Positions 24,401 through 35,452 of a stretch of DNA of 64,000 bases are shown here, piece by piece. Under the pieces are notes generated by a model, which was not told the DNA's origin, ran no database searches, and saw only the letters and a program-made list of their open reading frames with translations. The stretch is from the NCBI RefSeq assembly GCF_000143415.4, contig NW_003314295.1, forward strand, positions 124,001 to 188,000, written 5' to 3'. The stretch's first letter is position 1. Each line of letters begins with the position of its first letter. The translations under genes were made by a program, and so were the position numbers. Source of the DNA: Selaginella moellendorffii. Taxonomy: Eukaryota; Plantae; Lycopodiophyta.

Positions 24401-26391
24401 TGGGGGCTCGAGGGTGTTGCCGCTAGCAACCGTGATGCCATGGAGAGTCTAAGTTATGGAATTGTCCATATTAGACTATGTGGCATTTGGAAGGCTTGCA
24501 AAAGGGAGGCCTTAGCAAGCTGAGGGACAGAGTTCCTTCAAGGTTCCCAAAGACGATTCTAGGTAGCTTAGTACCTAGAAAGGCCAAGTGTAAATGGTTC
24601 ATGGAACGCGCGAAATCAGAGTGGCGCAGTAGAAGCGTGGTCTTGAAGCTTGCCATGAGGCAAGGCTATCAAGGTTAGGGAAGTAGTTCCCGAGTGTTCA
24701 AAGAGAGGGCTTTGAACGAAAGTCGATGGTCAAGGACTTTCACGCTTATGCAGGAACCATGTTACAGTGGTCGGAGAACTTGCCAAGCGAGATTGGCACG
24801 TCGGGGGAACAAATACCCTAGTTGAAGGTGATAACTTCAAAAAGGGTGGGCCATGGGGCCGAGCATGGAGGAGTCCATGCATGATCACAGACATGTCAAG
24901 TGAGAGGACTTGGCAGTGTGGAGGAACTAAGTTCCTAAGCTGTGATCTATAGCGTGCTTTAAAAATAGGTTGGTGCACCGGCGTGGGGAGTCACGCCAGG
25001 CATCTTGTGTGATGCCGTCCGTAGATGCATATACGGAGGTTGGGTTCGAGTCCCGACCCTCTAGTGCTTGGGTTCGAGTCCCAAATCACTAGGGCGTGGT
25101 GATGGTTTGGAATATGAGGACACTCATATTTCGGTGGTCATGGACTCTCAGTGGGGAGACTGGTTTGGGCACACCGCCAAACGAGTGATGCCTCGGAGTC
25201 GTGATGCACGGTTAGATTGCTTAGAGTGAAAGCTCGGCATATCTAACTTGAACGCTTTGGTGCAAGTGGCACCAAGGTCGTGGTGAGTGAGATGGGGACA
25301 CCTAATCTCAGTTGCTATGAACCCTTGGCCGTAAGGGCTAGCTTGGGTGCACCGCCAAGTGTGGGGGATGCCCCCGGGGTTATAGTCAACAACTTGGAGG
25401 TCTAGAAGACCAAGTACCTCTTGGCAACTCTGTTAAGGTGCCAAGGTGAGATCACTAGGTGATCTTATGGCCAGATAAGGACAAGGTCCTTGGTTGGCCA
25501 AGGAATGAAGTTCCTGGTTCAAAATGTTGAAATTGAACTGTTTAAGATGGTGTGGCTTGGTCGTGATGACCAAGTGGGAAGAGCACCTAAGGGAAATAAA
25601 CTATGTCCGTCCGATGGCATAGTGAGTCCGAGGAAAGTAGTCTCTATAAAAGACCCATGGGAGGGTCACGAAGTTGGGCCATGGATAGAGCCCATAGCAG
25701 AAGATGCTAAAGAGACGTACGAGGGGTGAACATCCTCCGGACTAGGCAAAGAAGAGTCTTTGCTATGGAACCGAAAGGATACCTCAAAAATGGAGGTAGC
25801 GATCCGATGTTGCTGGGTGCAACAATCAAGGATAGGAGCAAAGGACTAGTGGCCAAGTTTGGGCCATGGAATTTAATGGAAGGGATTCAAATGGCAAAAT
25901 TAGCCAAGGAACACTAATGTATTCGGTGCTAACAGCTTGTGGGAAAGGAAGTGGACTTCCAAGGATGGATTCCTAAGTGCTCCAATTTGGCGAAGTAAAA
26001 GCTCCAAGTGAGGGAGCGGTAAGGTAGCCAAATGATAGGGCCATGGACAGCCCTAGCACAAAGTATGATAATTGGAACTTAGTGCCCAAGGTGGCACGAA
26101 ATAGAAGAGAGGATGATGGTGCCCTCAAGTAATGAACTTCCTAGGATGGGGAAGTGGAGTTGCACAATCTATGCAATGCAAGGTGTTGGAGACACCTAGG
26201 AAATTGACTTCCAAAAGTCAAAAGAGTAAAAGTTCCAAGGTGCAAACGTTCAATAGATGGAAATTGAGACTACTTGAGAAGGAGTAGTGGGATTGACTTA
26301 GAGAAAGGTCTCTAAGAGGTTTAGCGAGAACCACTACATGTGGTCCAATCAATCTCTAAGTTGGGGAGACTACCCTCCTTAGGGGATAGGC

Positions 26392-26526
26392 AAGGCATGG
26401 TGAGCCTTTGGTGTTAAACCATTGAGGAATATGCAAAAGGCATGGTGAGCCTTCAATGTCAAACCATTGACAAGTATGGAGAAGGCATGGTGAGCCTTCA
26501 ATGTCAAACCATTGACAAATATTGGC
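26392..26526. repeat. 3 x 45-bp tandem repeat near the 3' end of C internal region
   Basis: AAGGCATGGTGAGCCTT(C)AATGTCAAACCATTGA... units start at 26392, 26437, 26482. Confidence 0.9.
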
Positions 26527-26854
26527 TAGGTGCCAAGGATGGAAGTGGTAACACATGCGGGTGTTACTTTATAAAGTGGTTTACCGTTCGATGAGGACAT
26601 CGAACTTCGTCTATGGGTGGTGGAGTTGTGAGACACAAAATCCCTAGGCCCCAAAGTGGAGCCGGAAGGGCGCCACATGGTAGTGGCCGAAGCGAGAGCC
26701 AAACGAGCGTAACACATTTGGACCAAAAGCTCCGACTTGAAAAGTCAAGAGCGGGAGTGGAACTCCCAACGAAGTGCTCGAGGAACGAGCACGAAGCGAG
26801 CAAAAGGCGAGGCTCCAAAAAGGGACCCAAAAGGACCAACACATGACACGTGGG

Positions 26855-27420
26855 AGTGTCCGAGATGGACTCGAGTTGGAGTCCGAAGTGGAGTCCGAGA
26901 TGGACCCGAGTTGGAGTCCAAGATGGACCCGAGTTGGAGTCCAAGATGGACCCGAGTTGGAGTCCGAAGTGGAGTCCGAGATGGACCCGAGATGGAGTCC
27001 GAAGTGGAGTCCGAGGTGGACCCGAGAGGGACCCGAGTTGGAGTCCGAAGTGGAGTCCGAGATGGACCCGAGATGGAGTCCGAGATGGAGTCCGAGATGG
27101 AGTCCGAGGTGGACCCGAGATGGACCCGAAATGGAGTCCGAGATGGAGTCCGAGATGGACCCGAGATGGAGTCCGAGATGGAGTCCGAGATGGACCCGAG
27201 ATGGACCCGAGATGGAGTCCGAGATGGAGTCCGAGATGGAGTCCGAAGTCGAGACCGAGACCGGGACCGAGACCGAGATCGAGACCGAGATCGGGACCGA
27301 GACCGAGACCGAGGCCGAGGCCGAGACCGAGCCTGAGGCCGAGACCGAGCCCGAGCCCGAGTCCGAGTCCGAATCCGAGTCCGAGTCCGAGTCCGAGTCT
27401 GAGTCCGAGTCCGAGTCCGG
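26855..27420. repeat. Expanded GAGTCC-type array in C 3' LTR
   Basis: Same units as 21133-21495 but about 200 bp longer. Confidence 0.9.
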
Positions 27421-28740
27421 AGCCTGAGAGGGTGAAAGCCCAAAGCGTTCGTCTCCCAGACCCTGGGGGGTTTGGTGAGCTCCAAAAGTATAGTAGGGGG
27501 GAGGACTGCAGTGGAGCCAGTTTGGCCAGAAAAGGCCAGTTTGGCCCAGGAAGGCCGGACCCAGTGTTAGGTGATGAGCTGCCCACTGGGAAGTCCAAGA
27601 CTAGAGTGAACACGGACCGACAAGCGGGGTAGCTTGGTGAAGTGTTCAAGAGCCGGCTCTAGTTCCCCCGGGAGATTGACTGGCCGATGCTCCCAGTCCA
27701 AGTGTGGGTGGCGCTACCTACTTGGATACCAGGCGTGGCTCAACGGAACCTCGCTCTAAGCCCATGGCTAGAGCACCCAAGGGCAGAAGGCGAGGAGAGT
27801 ACCCAGGTGGCTCGCGTAAGGCCACGGTGTTCCGAAATGTTGTCCCAAAGGCCCAGACTGTGGAAAGGAAGAGGAGCAGTCCTCTGGGGTAGTGACCAAG
27901 GACACAGTCGTGTGGTGAGGAAGTCCTAGAGGACCGTGGGACTTAGTGGTCGGGCCTGTGGGTCTCGATCCAGTGGCAGTGTTGGCAAACACGGCCAGGG
28001 GCAGAAAGGGACTTAGTGGGAACTGACAGAGGGATATTGAGGAAGGCTATTCCCCTTGTCGGTGGGCATCCTACGGATGCTAAGGAGTGGGATCTGAGAT
28101 GACCACTCACGGATGGTTTGCCTAGTCTTGGAGAGCCAAGACGGTGATGCGAGTGGTATTGGACTACCAGTGTGGCAAAGGTGATTGGGCATGGCCTTAG
28201 CGTAACGGGATGCTATGTTGGTGGTACCTTTGAGTGTCGGTCATGGGATCAGACACGTGGAGCACTTGGACCAAGTGCAAATGTTAAATGGCATGGATGC
28301 CATTCTCGGGGCTAGCAAGTCCCAAGTCCTGGATTGGACTTATGGAGGTTGTGAATGAGACTCCTCCAAGTGGTCAGAGGTGTGGTTAAGTGACTAAAGT
28401 AGAATGGAAAATTTAGTCGCTTACACTATCATGGAGCAATATTGAGGGACCAATCTCAATATGCGAGGGTTCTTGTCAAGCCAATGCAAGACAAAGCAAA
28501 AGAGAACTAACAAGCCGGGCCGAGTATGCTCAGCTAAATAGACACTTAGGAATTCCTTCCTTATGCTCATCCGGCCAAGTACAAATGCTAAGCCCAGTTT
28601 ACTAACACTTGAACAAGAGGGACTAATAAAGGGTCTAGCAATACTGACCTCCTGCCATCTTGGCAGTAAGGTAAGAGTGTCCATAAGGACTGGCCGACAG
28701 GTAACTTTCGATACCCGAAATCACATTCGCGACACTTACA

Positions 28741-28957
28741 ATATGTTAATATTTATTGTATTCTTTTTTAGAGACTTGTTTATTGATCACTTCATACCCA
28801 TTCTTTAAGCACTTCTTTGGGAGTTCCACTCCTTCTTATAACTTTTTGTGTTGGAGCTTTTGGTCCAAATGAGTTATATTTATAAACTTTTGTTTCAGCC
28901 ATTGCCATATGGCCCACTTTTGGCTCTATTTTGGGGCATTAGGATTTGTATCTTACA
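28741..28957 (-). mobile_element. Decayed, inverted 5' end of a family-C LTR
   Basis: gggagttccactcc...ggagcttttggtccaaat...ttggggc...tcttaca aligns to the reverse complement of ~20905-21125. Confidence 0.85.
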
Positions 28958-29796
28958 ATTAGTTTGAGCATTTAAAAGTTGCATATAAAGTTTCAATTAA
29001 TTCATCAAGATTCCATACTTAATTAATACTTATATCATTGCTTTGAGTTTTATTTCAATTATGGACTATCTATCTCTTCTTATATAAGCAGAAATTAATA
29101 TACCCACTATCATATTTATCTAATATTTAATTTATTTTGGTGAGGCTAATAGAATTTTACACCAAGTAGTATATGAGACAAAGTAGAATATCATTAATAA
29201 AACTTATATTTCATCTTTAGTATTCTAGCATATGAGATAGAAATGTCCTTTTCTTGTATGTTCCTTTCAAACTCTCAACTGAATAATATTATAATCTGAG
29301 ACCATGTTTTTTTAATCTTATTGGAATCAAATGAAAAAATATAATAGGTTATAAAAGTCAAAGTTTGTTGAATTATTCACCCACACCTAAAATCTACACT
29401 TTAATATTTTTTTCAAGGTTTCTTGAGATGTCGGTGTGTCTCTCCTGTTTCCAAGTACATTTCCCCTCATGAGTCGTTGTTGTTGTCTACAACCCTCCCA
29501 AGAGCTGGCTGCCAACAAAACCATAATCAAGAGAAGATTTCTAGACTACACATGGTTCCACATACATAGTCTGTACTGTGATCAAGTAAAATAATCTTAA
29601 AAACAATAGAAATCAAACTCAACCAAACACATCCTTTTCTCTCCCTGTCACGACCCATGAAATCAATCGTGATCACCCCCCTGCAAGCCGTTCTTACACC
29701 CAAACCTTTGCATTCAAATTCTCTACATGCGACACTGGAATTCCAGGTCGCCCTTGGATCTCCCCACGATCCAGTGGCTACGATCGCGCCTTCTAA

Positions 29797-31212
29797 CTAT
29801 TCCTCCTTGATCCTGCCCAAAACTCCATCAACGGCGACCTCGAACGCGTCCGCCCAGTGACGCCCGGACGAAGACGACGCATACACCAGCCCGGGGAGGA
29901 TCCGCAGTACCGCCCGCTGCATCCTCCCGATCCTCTCGCGAGAAATCCCCTGGAGCACGTCCAAGACATTGGTCCCGTTCTTGACGCTCTGGTGCGGGAT
30001 GAACACCGAGTACTCCTCCGGATCGCGGGGGAGATACAATTCGTACTGCCAGTACGCGCTCTGATTCCAGAAGAGAACTGGAATGCAGCCGGAGATGAGC
30101 GAATCGAAGAGAGACTTGCGCGTGAAGCTGTCGCCGCGCGGCTGGAGGCAAAACACCGAGCTCAAGAACAGCTTGGTGACGCGCAGGGGGTCCGAGGTGC
30201 AGCCGGCGGTATCTGCGGTACAGTCAAGGCACCGAGAAATACCGCGCGGCGCCGCGCGGCACTGCCCGAGAAGGACCTGTCTAAAGTCCGAGCGGTAACC
30301 CGGCCTGGGCGAGCCCGCGAATGCGACCAGGTGTGGCCTCGGGCTGCCCTGGACGAATTCTACCCACTGGGCGAGATCCTCGTCAGAGCTGGGATGAAAG
30401 CTCGTTGGGTATGGGACGCCCAGCTCGGAATCGTCCCAGGGATTGCGCTCGATCACCAGGCGCTTGACGCTTCTCATCTCGATCTGGTGGAAGAGGCTGC
30501 TGCCCCACTCGCCCGCGGCGCTGGGCATCCTCCGGAAGTCCCAGCTGATCCGCCCGGCCACCAGGAAGTGATCGGCGCCGCCGCTACGATTGAAATGCGG
30601 GTGCTGCCGCTGGAGCCAGTGGAGGAGCTGCTCGCCCAGCGAATCCACATCGCTGGAGCTCTTGCCGCTCGCCCAAAGGTTCCTGGAGATGTCGAGGCCG
30701 GCGTAGAAGGGCACGAAGAACGCGGAGGCGCCGTCTGGATCGAGGGTCCGGCATCTGTGATCCAGCATTCGCCGGTGGAAGATGATCTCGCCGCTAAACT
30801 GATCGGTGGCGTGCCACGATCTCCTGGCCGGCCAGCGATCGGGATCCCTGAAGAGAAATTGCCATGCCTTGCTCCAGGGCCACCAGGAGGATGAAGAGGA
30901 TGAAGAGATCTTCCCCAGTGGGGGACCGAGGCCCGAATTGGAGAGCGCAGAGCACATCGATTTCCATGGATTGAGGCTGTCGCAGCTCCGGACGAGCTCC
31001 ACATTGAATTTCTCTGGGAGATCGTAGACAAACACGAGGCCTTTGGCGCAGTGGAGCGATCGATTCGAGACAATCGGATCGATCTGGCTGCGACGTCCCA
31101 GAGCGCACGTCTTGTCGATCCGGAGGGGCCCGATGATTGCGAGGAGGAGGAGCTCGGCGGCCAGGGCCGCCATGGCCAGCGCCACTGTGCTCACCATCGC
31201 CTTCTTCGGCAT
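29797..31212 (-). CDS. Exostosin/GT47 glycosyltransferase, xyloglucan galactosyltransferase (MUR3/KATAMARI1/XLT2-like) clade; intronless
   Basis: N-terminal TM anchor, VFVYDLPEKFN, WHATDQF, FFVPFYAGLD, DHFLVAGRISWDFRR, VPYPTSFHP, FCLQPRGDSFTRKSLFDS. Start placed at MPKKAM (31212). Confidence 0.92.
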   Translation of the reverse strand: MPKKAMVSTVALAMAALAAELLLLAIIGPLRIDKTCALGRRSQIDPIVSNRSLHCAKGLVFVYDLPEKFNVELVRSCDSLNPWKSMCSALSNSGLGPPLGKISSSSSSSWWPWSKAWQFLFRDPDRWPARRSWHATDQFSGEIIFHRRMLDHRCRTLDPDGASAFFVPFYAGLDISRNLWASGKSSSDVDSLGEQLLHWLQRQHPHFNRSGGADHFLVAGRISWDFRRMPSAAGEWGSSLFHQIEMRSVKRLVIERNPWDDSELGVPYPTSFHPSSDEDLAQWVEFVQGSPRPHLVAFAGSPRPGYRSDFRQVLLGQCRAAPRGISRCLDCTADTAGCTSDPLRVTKLFLSSVFCLQPRGDSFTRKSLFDSLISGCIPVLFWNQSAYWQYELYLPRDPEEYSVFIPHQSVKNGTNVLDVLQGISRERIGRMQRAVLRILPGLVYASSSSGRHWADAFEVAVDGVLGRIKEE

Positions 31213-31480
31213 GGAATGGCCAGGCGATTTGGCAGCGTTCGATCGCGGCCGGCGTGGAGGCAGAATGTCCACGAGATGGAGCGGTTTTATTATGGCGCAA
31301 TCGCAGCCGTCCAGCGCGGCGTACCCGTGCCTGCTGCTGGCGTTTATACATTCGCAGGTTGGGCCTCTTTTCGTTGGGAGAAGATTCGACGATCCAACCG
31401 TCGAAATAAACGCTAAAGAGCGCACGAGCTCAGTGACTCAGATTCTCTTTTTTGCTTTTCTACTTGAGGCCTACTTGAGC

Positions 31481-31634
31481 AGTGCTACCGAAGAAACGAA
31501 AAAGTAAAAAGTAAAACGAGAGATCACTCCACCGTCTTGTGTGAACTCGGAAGCGTAAATTCGTGCTACTGAAGAAACGAAAAGTAAAACCAGTGATCAC
31601 TACATTGTCTTGTGTGAACTTGGCATCGTAAATT
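31481..31634. repeat. Imperfect tandem duplication (~75-80 bp x 2) just downstream of the tRNA
   Basis: gtgctacYgaagaaacgaaaa...gatcact...gtcttgtgtgaact...cgtaaatt occurs twice. Confidence 0.85.
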
Positions 31635-31659
31635 TCTTGCCCTGGCCGCTGGAAAGAAA

Positions 31660-31731
31660 AGGTCCTACCGGGATTCGAACCCAGGTCGCTGGATTCAAAG
31701 TCCAGAGTGCTAACCACTACACCATAGAACC
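31660..31731 (-). tRNA. trnQ-UUG: tRNA-Gln (anticodon UUG)
   Basis: Reverse complement GGTTCTATGGTGTAGTGGTTAGCACTCTGGACTTTGAATCCAGCGACCTGGGTTCGAATCCCGGTAGGACCT; cloverleaf, A/B boxes, T-rich terminator. Confidence 0.97.
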
Positions 31732-32376
31732 AAGTGAATGTGCAGATTTGCTGCCAGGGTTTGTCTTGTACGTTGCCCCATTTCTCGGCCAGCGATGGCG
31801 CCGCTGGGGGTTTCGTGTTCTTCGCTTGGAGATCTTGCTTGAGAGGAGCTACATTCCTTCGGAGCAATGTGACTAACCTAGAGGAAGTAAGTTCTCTCTT
31901 CCTTGTTTTATTGGCTTTGACGAAGGGCAAACGCCAGGGGGCGCGCCTGTGAATAAGTACGTATGGTTTTGGAACCACGCCAATTGTGCGTGCTAGCTCA
32001 TCGCTAGGGAGTTTCCAAGAGGTAAAAGCTTCTCTGTAGAAAATAAAAATCACTGTAGAATTTTTCTTCTTCTTTCCAGGTCATGGAGAAAGGCGTTTCG
32101 TATGTCCCGTGCATGGATTCGCTTCGCTTGAAAAGCTTTCACTTCGATTTTCACTGCCAGGACGAGGTAAAATTGAATTCCTTTGCATTGGTGGAGTGTT
32201 TTTTTTTTTTCTTCTCACTTTATAGTACCAGGATGCTCGTCGAGAGACGCATGCTTGCACGAGCTAGATTGCATGATAATCATCGTAAACTAAGGTAAAC
32301 TAAGGAAATCTGGTTCTCCAGATCTGGAAGGCCTGGTTATCAAAAGCTGGAATTTTTAATCAGTGATCTCGAGTGA

Positions 32377-33614
32377 ATGGCGGTGCTAGTCGTCGGTGGC
32401 TCCGGCTATGTGGGGCTCCATCTTCTCAAGGCTCTGGCGGCCAGATACTCTCCGGAGAACATCGCTTACACGTACAACTCTCATCCTCCACCACTTTCGG
32501 AGCAACTGGGCGTTGGATACCGCGTGGATCTCACGACGGGACAAGGGCTCCAAGATCTGGCCCTCTCGGTTCATGTAAGTTCGCTTCTTTGGATCAATCA
32601 ATCGATCGATATATTGATATCCTTCTCTCGCCCTTTCAGCCGAGAGTCGTTGTAAACTGTGCAGCCATGTCCGTGCCGCGGGACTGCGAAGAGAATCCAC
32701 AAAAGGCCATGGCGGTCAATGTCCCTCGCGCGCTACTTCGCTATCTAGCGTCTCTACAAACTGGGGCTCCGCCACTGCTCGTTCACTTCTCCACGGATCA
32801 AGGTAAAAGGCCTCCAAAGTTTTTCCAAAACTTGTGTGTTCCAAAACTTTTGTGTTCTTGCTCCAGTGTACGAGGGGATCAAGCAGTTTTACGTTGAGAC
32901 CGACGAGACAAAGCCAGTGAACGTCTACGGCCTGTCCAAGGTGGAGGCCGAGTTTCTGATTCGATCGACTTGGAGGAATTATGCCATCCTCCGGAGCAGT
33001 ATAATCTACGGGCCGCAGCCAGTCGTCCACGTACAGAAGCCTCTCCCAGTCCAGGTACGTACGACGTACGCGCCTTAGTCTCTCACGCTCTTTCTCTCGT
33101 TTCCAGTGGATGGACATGGCCCTCTCTGCGAGAAGGCCGGTGGATTTCTTCCACGACGAGTACCGGTGCCCGATCTTCATCGGAGACGTCGTCAAGGTGG
33201 TGGCGCTTCTCATTACCCTGTCCGGTAAGAAAGAAAGCGAGTTTCCTCCAAAAGCTTCCTTCTAATGATCTCCTTGTTGGATTCCAAACTTATCACAGAG
33301 CAAAGTGGAGGAGCAATGCAACTAGTGCTCAATCTCGGAGGCCCCGAGAGACTCTCTCGCGCGGAGATGGCTCAAGTCGTGGCTCGAGTGAAAGGCTACC
33401 ACCCTTCTTTGATCAATCAAGTTCCGGCTAGCTCGGTAAAGGCTTCCATAGAATTTCTTGCTTGATCTTGTCCCTCTTTCTCTTCCAGGTCGATCGAGGA
33501 GTGGCCAGCCCCGCGGATATCTCCATGGACGTGGAAAAGCTTCGGTCAACGCTGGGCATTTGCTTGACGCCGTTTGACGAGGGAGTCAGGCAAACGCTCA
33601 TGTTAGCAGCTTAA
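32377..33614 (+). CDS. RmlD-like/MAT2B-like NAD(P)-binding SDR; 6 exons (32377-32574, 32640-32802, 32867-33054, 33107-~33224, ~33299-33435, 33489-33614)
   Basis: VLVVGGSGYVG Rossmann motif, VVVNCAAMSVPRDCE, HFSTDQVYEG, YGLSK catalytic YxxxK, FFHDEYRCP, DRGVASPADISM. Confidence 0.9.
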
Positions 33615-34048
33615 ACCTTTTTAATAAAGCCCGTGCGCTTATCATTTCCCTTGCCTGCCGTACACGTGGAATCACCTGGCTTTCTTGTCACCGTGGATCG
33701 TCGCTAGTGGCCGGCCTGACTAGAGAGCTACTAACTAGGCGATTAAATATCCACGGGCACCGGTAACTTGGACATGATATTTACCACGTGAGAGGTAACT
33801 TTACCTTCTCACTGGCTAGCTAGGTAAGACCGGTCATAAACCGGACAATGTGGACGAGAGGTACGGCTCTCCGGGGATTGAGATTTGGATTTCTTGCTTG
33901 GCATGTTTTGCCAGCGATTAACTGAACTTATCCCGGGTAAGTAAAATAATCGTTTGGCGCCAGAAAACATTCCGTCAGGTAGAGCATATTCTGATAGTTG
34001 CCCATTTGTAGTTTTATCTTAAGGGTGTGTTTTTGTGTTCCTCGATCG

Positions 34049-34840
34049 ATGTTTTTCGATATGATGCCAGCTCTTGCCTCTCTCGATCGCCCCTCCTCGC
34101 CACCGCTCTGCAAGGAGGAAGATGTGGCGTCGCAGGCTATGGAGCTGGCGATGATGGCGCAGTGGCCGAGCTTGAGCACAGCCAGCGTCAAGGATTTGGA
34201 TGGAATTGCTGCTGTTGTTGGGCAAAGGGCGCTCTTTGGAGGAGCTTCTTCTTCTTCCTCTGTGAGTGCTTTGAATGCTGGCAATGGCGATGGATCATCA
34301 CAGGCATTGAGCTGTGATCGGAGAATGCAGGTCCCGCCGCTGCTCGAGATTGCGCCGCTCGCGATCGCGTCAAGCTCTTCATCGTCTCCTCCACCGGAGA
34401 AGAGCTCCAGCGCCCCCGCCGGCGCGAGCTCCTCCTCCATTTCCAGCTCGCCCAGGGCGTTTCGTGGAGTGAGGAAGAGGCCGTGGGGGCGATGGTCCGC
34501 GGAGATCCGCGACCGAATTGGGCGATGCCGCCACTGGCTCGGGACGTTCGACACGCCCGAGGACGCCGCCCGCGCCTACGACGCCGCCGCTCGCAAGCTC
34601 CGCGGCGCCAAAGCTCGCACCAATTTCTCCGTGCCGAGCTCCTCCATCTTCCCACTCCCGCCACTTCCTCATCGGCCTTCGACACCCTCGCCATCAATCT
34701 CATCGCGGGGAGCAGCTCCATCTTCCCCGGCATTGTCATGGCTCGATCTCAAACTCGGGAGCTCCGGGGGATCATCCTCCCCGAAGCAAAGGCCGAGCGG
34801 TGGATTACCTCCCACTCCAAGCAAGCTGGAGCTGGATTGA
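34049..34840 (+). CDS. AP2/ERF transcription factor (ERF084-like domain) with C-terminal LDLKL EAR-like motif; intronless
   Basis: [56 protein letters not shown]. Start ATG (34049 vs 34061) uncertain. Confidence 0.9.
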   Translation: MFFDMMPALASLDRPSSPPLCKEEDVASQAMELAMMAQWPSLSTASVKDLDGIAAVVGQRALFGGASSSSSVSALNAGNGDGSSQALSCDRRMQVPPLLEIAPLAIASSSSSSPPPEKSSSAPAGASSSSISSSPRAFRGVRKRPWGRWSAEIRDRIGRCRHWLGTFDTPEDAARAYDAAARKLRGAKARTNFSVPSSSIFPLPPLPHRPSTPSPSISSRGAAPSSPALSWLDLKLGSSGGSSSPKQRPSGGLPPTPSKLELD

Positions 34841-35452
34841 AAAGAACAAAAGCAGGATCCATCTCTACACAAAAGCCTAGAGAGGTTTTTTTCTTTCAGG
34901 TCTCTCCAGAAAGTACCACTGAGCTAAAAGACAGGAGAGCTAGATTCGATCAATTTTTACTCTCTGTGCACGAATATATTTTACGAATTTGGGCAGACGT
35001 CCTCTCCCTATCAATCTAGTTTCTTTTCTCTCCCTCTCTTTTATAAATTATGAAACCATTTATCATCTATATCTTTAGAGAAAATGGTCGCATTCCAGCC
35101 GTCGGATGGTGGTCCAGATGCCAGCCGTCGGATGGTGGTCCGGCATTGCATGCCAGCCGTCGGATGCTAGTCAAAAGAGAATTATGAGGCTAGAAAGGGG
35201 TCCAGGATGGAGCTAGTTTATAGCAGCGCCGCATAGTTTACAGGAGCTACTATACTACTAGTTCTTACTCCTCGAGCTCGCAAAAACGCTTACTAAAATG
35301 GGAGAGAAATAGTCTCTTGTTCGTACAATAAGTACCAAGTCTGGATTCCAAGTCACTGGTATGGGCTTGATAAGCCGAGGATATGCCTAGAGTGGGCATT
35401 TTTTTGAGGACAAGTTTTGCCTCCCAGGATGTAGTGCGGTGATTGATCTCAG

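Larger units (their letters stand above)
20905..28425 (+). mobile_element. Element C: non-autonomous Gypsy-derived LTR element; LTRs 20905-22499 and 26627-28425
   Basis: TG...CA LTRs nearly identical outside the repeat array; TSD CTATC (20900-20904, 28426-28430); PBS-like TTGTATCGGAGC after 22499; PPT context CTATGGGTGGTGGAGT identical to A; internal region without long ORF. Confidence 0.93.
14384..28734 (-). mobile_element. Element B: non-autonomous (LARD-like) LTR element; 3' LTR 14384-15537, 5' LTR 20056-20904 + 28431-28734 (split by C)
   Basis: Near-identical ~1.15-kb LTRs; 5-bp TSD CTTAC (14379-14383, 28735-28739); PBS TGGTATCAGA on minus (20044-20053); PPT AGGGGGGGAGAA on minus (15538-15550); internal 4.5 kb has no ORF above ~90 aa. 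Confidence 0.92.

Noticed and set aside
26392-26526. CRISPR-like array (also 40310-40437, 19700-19762)
   Set aside because: Head-to-tail repeats without unique spacers, no cas genes, eukaryotic context.
20922-27649. Long ORFs (200-360 aa) such as 26564-27649(-), 20922-21776(-), 26850-27632(+)
   Set aside because: Low-complexity translations of stop-free 6/12-mer LTR arrays, open in several frames at once.
31213-31425. N-terminal extension of GT47 in the ORF track (and 59184-59378 for the lectin)
   Set aside because: Upstream of the TM anchor or signal peptide; the GT47 extension begins at a non-ATG codon. Probably UTR.
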